Of a stretch of 64,000 nt of DNA, positions 54,861 to 64,000 are shown piece by piece (positions within the stretch are counted from its first letter, which is position 1; each line of letters opens with the position of its first letter). The stretch comes from Eledone cirrhosa. Lineage: Eukaryota. The position numbers were made by a program, and so were the translations under genes. The stretch spans positions 28,210,001 to 28,274,000 of the forward strand of contig OZ024764.1 in the NCBI GenBank assembly GCA_964016885.1, read 5' to 3'. The notes under the pieces are model-generated. The model was not told the origin of the DNA, did no database searches, and saw only the letters and a list, made by a program, of their open reading frames with translations.

Positions 54861-57800
54861 TGTCGCCTCTATTCAGCACTCCTAAATGCTGTTTTATGCA
54901 GGTCATACAAGAGCGTATACATTTTTATGGGACAGCCCGTTGTCGCCTTTATTCAGCACTTGCAAATGCTGTTTTGTGCATGTCATCGAAGAGCGTATAC
55001 ATTTTTATGGGACAGCCCGTTGTCGGCTCTATTCAGTACTCCTAAATGCTGTTTTATGCAGGTCATACAAGAGCGTATACATTTTTGTGGGACAGCTCGT
55101 TGTCGCCTCCTTTCAGCACTTCTAAATGCTGCTTGTGCAGGTCATCGAAGAGCGTATACATTTTTATGGGACAGCCCGTTGTCGCCTCTATTCAGTACTC
55201 CTAAATGCTGTTTTATGCAGGTCATACAAGAGCGTATACATTTTTGTGGGACAGCTCGTTGTCGCCTCCTTTCAGCACTTCTAAATGCTGCTTGTGCAGG
55301 TCATCGAAGAGCGTATACATTTTTATGGGACAGCCCGTTGTCGCCTCTATTCAGTACTCCTAAATGCTGTTTTATGCAGGTCATACAAGAGCGTATACAT
55401 TTTTGTGGGACAGCCCGTTGTCGCCTCCCTACAGCACTTCTAAATGCTGTTTTGTGCAGGTCATCGAAGAGCGTATACATTTTTGTGGGACAGTCCGTTG
55501 TCGCCTCTATTCAGCACTTCTACATGCTGTTTTGGGCAGGTCATCGAAGAGTGTATACATTTTTGTGGGACAGCCCGTTGTCGCCTCTATTCAGCACTTC
55601 TAAATGCTGTTTTGTGCAGGTCATCGAAGAGCGTATACATTTTTATGGGACAGCTCATTGTCGCCTCCTTTCAGCACTTCTAAATGCTGCTTTGTGCAGG
55701 TCATCGAAGAGCGTATACATTTTTGTGGGACAGCCCGTTGTCGCCTCTATTCAGCACTTCTAAATGCTGCTTTTTGCAGGTCATAGAAGAGCGTATACAT
55801 TTTTGTGGGACAGCTCATTGTCGCCTCCTTTCAGCACTTCTAAATGCTGCTTTGTGCAGGTCATCGAAGAGCGTATACATTTTTGTGGGACAGCCCGTTG
55901 TCGCCTCTATTCAGCACTTCTAAATGCTGCTTTTTGCAGGTCATAGAAGAGCGTATACATTTTTATGGGACAGCCCGTTGTTGCCACTATTCAGCACTTC
56001 TAAATGCTGTTTTGTGCAGGTCATCGAAGAGTGTATACATTTTTGTGGGACAGCCCGTTGTCGCCTTTATTCAGCACTTGCAAATGCTGTTTTGTGCATG
56101 TCATCGAAGAGCGTATACATTTTTGTGGGACAGCCCGTTGTCGCCTCTATTCAGCACTTCTAAATGCTGCTTTTTGCAGGTCATAGAAGAGCGTATACAT
56201 TTTTGTGGGACAGCCAGTTGTCGCCTCCTTACAGCACTTCTAAATGCTGTTTTGTGCAGGTCATCGAAGAGCGTATACATTTTTGTGGGACAGTCCGTTG
56301 TCGCCTCTATTCAGCACTTCTACATGCTGTTTTGGGCAGGTCATCGAAGAGTGTATACATTTTTGTGGGACAGCCCGTTGTCGCCTCTATTCAGCACTTC
56401 TAAATGCTGTTTTGTGCAGGTCATCGAAGAGCGTATACATTTTTATGGGACAGCTCATTGTCGCCTCCTTTCAGCACTTCTAAATGCTGCTTTGTGCAGG
56501 TCATCGAAGAGCGTATACATTTTTGTGGGACAGCCCGTTGTCGCCTCTATTCAGCACTTCTAAATGCTGCTTTTTGCAGGTCATAGAAGAGCGTATACAT
56601 TTTTGTGGGACAGCTCATTGTCGCCTCCTTTCAGCACTTCTAAATGCTGCTTTGTGCAGGTCATCGAAGAGCGTATACATTTTTGTGGGACAGCCCGTTG
56701 TCGCCTCTATTCAGCACTTCTAAATGCTGCTTTTTGCAGGTCATAGAAGAGCGTATACATTTTTGTGGGACAGCCCGTTGTCGCCTCCCTACAGCACTTC
56801 TAAGTGCTGCTTTGTGCAGGTCATAGAAGAGCGTATACATTTTTATGGAACAGCCCGTTGTCGCCACTATTCAGCACTTCTAAATGCTGTTTTGTGCAGG
56901 TCATCGAAGAGCGTATACATTTTTATGGGACAGCTCGTTGTTGCCACTATTCAGCACTTCTAAATGCTGTTTTGTGCAGGTCATCGAAGAGTGTATACAT
57001 TTTTGTGGGACAGCCCGTTGTCGCCTCCCTACAGCACTTCTAAGTGCTGCTTTGTGCAGGTCATCGAAGAGCGTATACATTTTTGTGGGACAGCCCGTTG
57101 TCGCTTCCCTACAGCACTTCTAAGTGCTGCTTTGTGCAGCTCATAGAAGAGCGTATACATTTTTGTGGGACAGCCCGTTGTTGCCTCTATTCAGCACTTC
57201 TAAATGCTGTTTTGTGCAGGTCATCGAAGAGCGTATACATTTTTGTGGGACAGCCCGTTGTCGCCTCCCTACACCACTTCTAAGTGGTTTTGTGCAGGTC
57301 ATAGAAGAGCGTATACATTTTTGTGGGACAGCCCGTTGTCGCCACTATTCAGCACTTCTAAATGCTGTTTTGTGCAGGTCATCGAAGAGCGTATACATTT
57401 TTATGGGACAGCCCGTTGTCGCCTCTATTCAGTACTCCTAAATGCTGTTTTATGCAGGTCATACAAGAGCGTATACATTTTTGTGGGACAGCTCGTTGTC
57501 GCCTCCTTTCAGCACTTCTAAATGCTGCTTGTGCAGGTCATCGAAGAGCGTATACATTTTTATGGGACAGCCCGTTGTCGCCTCTATTCAGTACTCCTAA
57601 ATGCTGCTTTGTGCAGGTCATAGAAGAGCGTATACATTTTTGTGGGACAGCCCGTTGTCGCCACTATTCAGCACTTCTAAATGCTGTTTTGTGCAGGTCA
57701 TCGAAGAGCGTATACATTTTTGTGGGACAGCCCTTTGACGCCTCTATTCATCACTTCTAAATGCTGTTTTATGCAGGTCATCGAAGAGCGTATACATTTT

Positions 57801-60800
57801 TGTGGGACAGCCCGTTGTCGCCTTTATTCAGCACTTGCAAATGCTGTTTTGTGCATGTCATCGAAGAGCGTATACATTTTTGTGGGACAGCCCGTTGTCG
57901 CCTCCCTACACCACTTCTAAGTGGTTTTGTGCAGGTCATAGAAGAGCGTATACATTTTTGTGGGACAGCCAGTTGTCGCCTCCTTACAGCACTTCTAAAT
58001 GCTGTTTTGTGCAGGTCATCGAAGAGCGTATACATTTTCGTGGGACAGCCCTTTGCCGCCTCTATTCAACACTTATAAATGCTGTTTGGGCAGGTCATAG
58101 AAGAGCGTATACATTTTTGTGGGACAGCCCGTTGTCGCCTCTATTCAGCACTTCTACATGCTGTTTTGGGCAGGTCATCGAAGAGTGTATACATTTTTGT
58201 GGGACAGCCCGTTGTCGCCTCTATTCAGCACTTCTAAATGCTGCTTTGTGCAGGTCATCGAAGAGCGTATACATTTTTGTGGGACAGCCCGTTGTCGCCT
58301 CTATTCAGCACTCCTAAATGCTGTTTTATGCAGGTCATACAAGAGCGTATACATTTTTATGGGACAGCCCGTTGTCGCCTTTATTCAGCACTTGCAAATG
58401 CTGTTTTGTGCATGTCATCGAAGAGCGTATACATTTTTGTGGGACAGTCCGTTGTCGCCTCTATTCAGCACTTCTACATGCTGTTTTGGGCAGGTCATCA
58501 AAGAGTGTATACATTTTTGTGGGACAGCCCGTTGTCGCCTCTAAATGCTGTTTTGTGCAGGTCATCGAAGAGCGTATACATTTTTATGGGACAGCCAGTT
58601 GTCGCCTCTATTCACCACTTCTAAATGCTGTTTTGTGCAGGTCATACAAGAGCGTATACATTTTTGTGGGACAGCTCATTGTCGCCTCCTTTCAGCACTT
58701 CTAAATGCTGCTTTGTGCAGGTCATCGAAGAGCGTATACATTTTTGTGGGACAGCCCGTTGTCGCCTCTATTCAACACTTCTAAATGCTGCTTTTTGCAG
58801 GTCATAGAAGAGCGTATACATTTTTGTGGGACAGCCCGTTGTCGCCTCCCTACAGCACTTCTAAGTGCTGCTTTGTGCAGGTCATAGAAGAGCGTATACA
58901 TTTTTATGGGACAGCCCGTTGTCGCCACTATTCAGCACTTCTAAATGCTGTTTTGTGCAGGTCATCGAAGAGCGTATACATTTTTATGGGACAGCCCGTT
59001 GTTGCCACTATTCAGCACTTCTAAATGCTGCTTTGTGCAGGTCATCGAAGAGCGTATACATTTTTGTGGGACAGCCCGTTGTCGCTTCCCTACAGCACTT
59101 CTAAGTGCTGCTTTGTGCAGCTCATAGAAGAGCGTATACATTTTTGTGGGACAGCCCGTTGTCGCCTCTATTCAGCACTTCTAAATGCTGCTTTGTGCAG
59201 GTCGTAGAAGAGCATATACATTTTTGTGGGACAGCCCGTTGTCGCCTCTATTCAGCACTCCTAAATGCTGTTTTATGCAGGTCATACAAGAGCGTATACA
59301 TTTTTATGGGACAGCCCGTTGTCGCCTTTATTCAGCACTTGCAAATGCTGTTTTGTGCATGTCATCGAAGAGCGTATACATTTTTATGGGACAGCCCGTT
59401 GTCGGCTCTATTCAGTACTCCTAAATGCTGTTTTATGCAGGTCATACAAGAGCGTATACATTTTTGTGGGACAGCTCGTTGTCGCCTCCTTTCAGCACTT
59501 CTAAATGCTGCTTGTGCAGGTCATCGAAGAGCGTATACATTTTTATGGGACAGCCCGTTGTCGCCTCTATTCAGTACTCCTAAATGCTGTTTTATGCAGG
59601 TCATACAAGAGCGTATACATTTTTGTGGGACAGCTCGTTGTCGCCTCCTTTCAGCACTTCTAAATGCTGCTTGTGCAGGTCATCGAAGAGCGTATACATT
59701 TTTATGGGACAGCCCGTTGTCGCCTCTATTCAGTACTCCTAAATGCTGTTTTATGCAGGTCATACAAGAGCGTATACATTTTTGTGGGACAGCCCGTTGT
59801 CGCCTCCCTACAGCACTTCTAAGTGCTGCTTTGTGCAGGTCATAGAAGAGCGTATACATTTTTGTGGGACAGCCCGTTGTCGCCTCCCTACACCACTTCT
59901 AAGTGCTGCTTTGTGCAGGTCATAGAAGAGCGTATACATTTTTGTGGGACAGCCCGTTGTCGCCTCTATTCAGCACTTCTAAGTGCTGCTTTGTGCAGGT
60001 CATAGAAGAGCGTATACATTTTTGTGGGACAGCCCGTTGTCGCCACTATTCAGCACTTCTAAATGCTGTTTTGTGCAGGTCATCGAAGAGCGTATACATT
60101 TTTGTGGGACAGCCCTTTGACGCCTCTATTCATCACTTCTAAATGCTGTTTTATGCAGGTCATCGAAGAGCGTATACATTTTTGTGGGACAGCCCGTTGT
60201 CGCCTTTATTCAGCACTTGCAAATGCTGTTTTGTGCATGTCATCGAAGAGCGTATACATTTTTGTGGGACAGCCCGTTGTCGCCTCCCTACACCACTTCT
60301 AAGTGGTTTTGTGCAGGTCATAGAAGAGCGTATACATTTTTGTGGGACAGCCAGTTGTCGCCTCCTTACAGCACTTCTAAATGCTGTTTTGTGCAGGTCA
60401 TCGAAGAGCGTATACATTTTTGTGGGACAGCCCTTTGCCGCCTCTATTCAACACTTATAAATGCTGTTTGGGCAGGTCATAGAAGAGCGTATACATTTTT
60501 GTGGGACAGCCCGTTGTCGCCTCTATTCAGCACTTCTACATGCTGTTTTGGGCAGGTCATCGAAGAGTGTATACATTTTTGTGGGACAGCCCGTTGTCGC
60601 CTCTATTCAGCACTTCTAAATGCTGCTTTGTGCAGGTCATCGAAGAGCGTATACATTTTTGTGGGACAGCCCGTTGTCGCCTCTATTCAGCACTCCTAAA
60701 TGCTGTTTTATGCAGGTCATACAAGAGCGTATACATTTTTATGGGACAGCCCGTTGTCGCCTTTATTCAGCACTTGCAAATGCTGTTTTGTGCATGTCAT

Positions 60801-63800
60801 CGAAGAGCGTATACATTTTTGTGGGACAGTCCGTTGTCGCCTCTATTCAGCACTTCTACATGCTGTTTTGGGCAGGTCATCAAAGAGTGTATACATTTTT
60901 GTGGGACAGCCCGTTGTCGCCTCTAAATGCTGTTTTGTGCAGGTCATCGAAGAGCGTATACATTTTTATGGGACAGCCAGTTGTCGCCTCTATTCACCAC
61001 TTCTAAATGCTGTTTTGTGCAGGTCATACAAGAGCGTATACATTTTTGTGGGACAGCTCATTGTCGCCTCCTTTCAGCACTTCTAAATGCTGCTTTGTGC
61101 AGGTCATCGAAGAGCGTATACATTTTTGTGGGACAGCCCGTTGTCGCCTCTATTCAACACTTCTAAATGCTGCTTTTTGCAGGTCATAGAAGAGCGTATA
61201 CATTTTTGTGGGACAGCCCGTTGTCGCCTCCCTACAGCACTTCTAAGTGCTGCTTTGTGCAGGTCATAGAAGAGCGTATACATTTTTATGGGACAGCCCG
61301 TTGTCGCCACTATTCAGCACTTCTAAATGCTGTTTTGTGCAGGTCATCGAAGAGCGTATACATTTTTATGGGACAGCCCGTTGTTGCCACTATTCAGCAC
61401 TTCTAAATGCTGCTTTGTGCAGGTCATCGAAGAGCGTATACATTTTTGTGGGACAGCCCGTTGTCGCTTCCCTACAGCACTTCTAAGTGCTGCTTTGTGC
61501 AGCTCATAGAAGAGCGTATACATTTTTGTGGGACAGCCCGTTGTCGCCTCTATTCAGCACTTCTAAATGCTGCTTTGTGCAGGTCGTAGAAGAGCATATA
61601 CATTTTTGTGGGACAGCCCGTTGTCGCCTCTATTCAGCACTCCTAAATGCTGTTTTATGCAGGTCATACAAGAGCGTATACATTTTTATGGGACAGCCCG
61701 TTGTCGCCTTTATTCAGCACTTGCAAATGCTGTTTTGTGCATGTCATCGAAGAGCGTATACATTTTTATGGGACAGCCCGTTGTCGGCTCTATTCAGTAC
61801 TCCTAAATGCTGTTTTATGCAGGTCATACAAGAGCGTATACATTTTTGTGGGACAGCTCGTTGTCGCCTCCTTTCAGCACTTCTAAATGCTGCTTGTGCA
61901 GGTCATCGAAGAGCGTATACATTTTTATGGGACAGCCCGTTGTCGCCTCTATTCAGTACTCCTAAATGCTGTTTTATGCAGGTCATACAAGAGCGTATAC
62001 ATTTTTGTGGGACAGCTCGTTGTCGCCTCCTTTCAGCACTTCTAAATGCTGCTTGTGCAGGTCATCGAAGAGCGTATACATTTTTATGGGACAGCCCGTT
62101 GTCGCCTCTATTCAGTACTCCTAAATGCTGTTTTATGCAGGTCATACAAGAGCGTATACATTTTTGTGGGACAGCCCGTTGTCGCCTCCCTACAGCACTT
62201 CTAAATGCTGTTTTGTGCAGGTCATCGAAGAGCGTATACATTTTTGTGGGACAGTCCGTTGTCGCCTCTATTCAGCACTTCTACATGCTGTTTTGGGCAG
62301 GTCATCGAAGAGTGTATACATTTTTGTGGGACAGCCCGTTGTCGCCTCTATTCAGCACTTCTAAATGCTGTTTTGTGCAGGTCATCGAAGAGCGTATACA
62401 TTTTTATGGGACAGCTCATTGTCGCCTCCTTTCAGCACTTCTAAATGCTGCTTTGTGCAGGTCATCGAAGAGCGTATACATTTTTGTGGGACAGCCCGTT
62501 GTCGCCTCTATTCAGCACTTCTAAATGCTGCTTTTTGCAGGTCATAGAAGAGCGTATACATTTTTGTGGGACAGCTCATTGTCGCCTCCTTTCAGCACTT
62601 CTAAATGCTGCTTTGTGCAGGTCATCGAAGAGCGTATACATTTTTGTGGGACAGCCCGTTGTCGCCTCTATTCAGCACTTCTAAATGCTGCTTTTTGCAG
62701 GTCATAGAAGAGCGTATACATTTTTATGGGACAGCCCGTTGTTGCCACTATTCAGCACTTCTAAATGCTGTTTTGTGCAGGTCATCGAAGAGTGTATACA
62801 TTTTTGTGGGACAGCCCGTTGTCGCCTTTATTCAGCACTTGCAAATGCTGTTTTGTGCATGTCATCGAAGAGCGTATACATTTTTGTGGGACAGCCCGTT
62901 GTCGCCTCTATTCAGCACTTCTAAATGCTGCTTTTTGCAGGTCATAGAAGAGCGTATACATTTTTGTGGGACAGCCAGTTGTCGCCTCCTTACAGCACTT
63001 CTAAATGCTGTTTTGTGCAGGTCATCGAAGAGCGTATACATTTTTGTGGGACAGTCCGTTGTCGCCTCTATTCAGCACTTCTACATGCTGTTTTGGGCAG
63101 GTCATCGAAGAGTGTATACATTTTTGTGGGACAGCCCGTTGTCGCCTCTATTCAGCACTTCTAAATGCTGTTTTGTGCAGGTCATCGAAGAGCGTATACA
63201 TTTTTATGGGACAGCTCATTGTCGCCTCCTTTCAGCACTTCTAAATGCTGCTTTGTGCAGGTCATCGAAGAGCGTATACATTTTTGTGGGACAGCCCGTT
63301 GTCGCCTCTATTCAGCACTTCTAAATGCTGCTTTTTGCAGGTCATAGAAGAGCGTATACATTTTTGTGGGACAGCTCATTGTCGCCTCCTTTCAGCACTT
63401 CTAAATGCTGCTTTGTGCAGGTCATCGAAGAGCGTATACATTTTTGTGGGACAGCCCGTTGTCGCCTCTATTCAGCACTTCTAAATGCTGCTTTTTGCAG
63501 GTCATAGAAGAGCGTATACATTTTTGTGGGACAGCCCGTTGTCGCCTCCCTACAGCACTTCTAAGTGCTGCTTTGTGCAGGTCATAGAAGAGCGTATACA
63601 TTTTTATGGAACAGCCCGTTGTCGCCACTATTCAGCACTTCTAAATGCTGTTTTGTGCAGGTCATCGAAGAGCGTATACATTTTTATGGGACAGCTCGTT
63701 GTTGCCACTATTCAGCACTTCTAAATGCTGTTTTGTGCAGGTCATCGAAGAGTGTATACATTTTTGTGGGACAGCCCGTTGTCGCCTCCCTACAGCACTT

Positions 63801-64000
63801 CTAAGTGCTGCTTTGTGCAGGTCATCGAAGAGCGTATACATTTTTGTGGGACAGCCCGTTGTCGCTTCCCTACAGCACTTCTAAGTGCTGCTTTGTGCAG
63901 CTCATAGAAGAGCGTATACATTTTTGTGGGACAGCCCGTTGTTGCCTCTATTCAGCACTTCTAAATGCTGTTTTGTGCAGGTCATCGAAGAGCGTATACA
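54840..64000. repeat. Block duplication with 6761-bp offset: ~54840-57239 vs ~61600-64000
   Basis: ORF pairs 54886/61647, 55844/62605 (a recombinant 239-aa pattern seen only at these two sites) and 56964/63725. Confidence 0.85.
57602..62204. repeat. Near-tandem duplication with 2382-bp offset (30 monomers): ~57602-59822 vs ~59984-62204
   Basis: A private 13-bp deletion (gcctctaaatg at ~58537 and ~60919) is preceded by catcaaagagtgt in both copies. 30x80 minus 18 bp of counted deletions = 2382. Confidence 0.92.

Larger units (their letters stand above)
1..64000. repeat. 80-bp tandem satellite DNA array (~801 monomers, single orientation, running off both window edges)
   Basis: Bases 1-80 (ttctaaatgc...tattcagcac) recur head-to-tail with only a few substitutions per copy, and ORF starts recur every 80 bp. 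From the monomer ATG at 7 to the one at 63965 is 63958 bp = 801x80 - 122, and my tally of deletions sums to 122. Confidence 0.99.

Noticed and set aside
7-63907. Hundreds of 60-372 aa ORFs (MLxCAGHRRAYTFLWDSPLSP...)
   Set aside because: The 80-bp unit is not a multiple of 3, so every ORF cycles through the same three frames and ends at the recurring TAA or TAG. Longer ORFs arise only where a SNP or deletion removes the stop. ORFs overlap in all frames and show no domain or codon-level constraint.
1-64000. CRISPR array or other repeat-spacer system
   Set aside because: The period and hairpins are superficially similar, but there are no unique spacers. The entire 80 bp is conserved, and no cas gene or leader is present.
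1-64000. Variant order as an information-bearing code or a diversity-generating cassette system
   Set aside because: The variant order is explained by nested duplication and in-register recombination of a small allele set. No recombinase, reverse transcriptase or expression locus is present in the window.
1-64000. Whole array as a collapsed or synthetic assembly artefact
   Set aside because: Copies carry consistent hierarchical private alleles and scattered singleton SNPs (e.g. ~3989, 24668, 33055, 46193), as expected of a real evolving array. Individual large duplications still need read support.

Overview
The whole 64 kb window is one uninterrupted head-to-tail tandem array of an 80-bp satellite, about 801 monomers, all in the same orientation. 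The consensus is TTCTAAATGCTG(T/C)TTTGTGCAGGTCAT(C/A)GAAGAGCGTATACATTTTTGTGGGACAGCCCGTTGTCGCCTCTATTCAGCAC (~46% GC, T-rich on the + strand). I saw no unique sequence, gene, transposon, RNA gene, CRISPR spacer or inversion. The ORF track is an artefact of the repeat: 3 monomers = 240 bp = 79 aa between recurring TAA codons. The informative signal lies in the variants. (1) Shared SNPs and deletions reveal nested higher-order repeats and block duplications with offsets of about 159, 798, 1440, 1837, 2382, 2478, 4075, 4313, 6761, 7346, 7589 and 8704 bp. (2) Each monomer carries short dyad symmetries, and some variants extend or restore them. (3) All four consensus CpGs show both C>T and G>A variants. 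(4) Six deletion alleles, with no insertions, account for all length variation. This looks like a recently expanded eukaryotic, possibly centromeric or pericentromeric, satellite. I cannot name the family or organism, and I see no evidence here for a new protein- or RNA-encoded system. Block boundaries were read by eye and are approximate to about one monomer.
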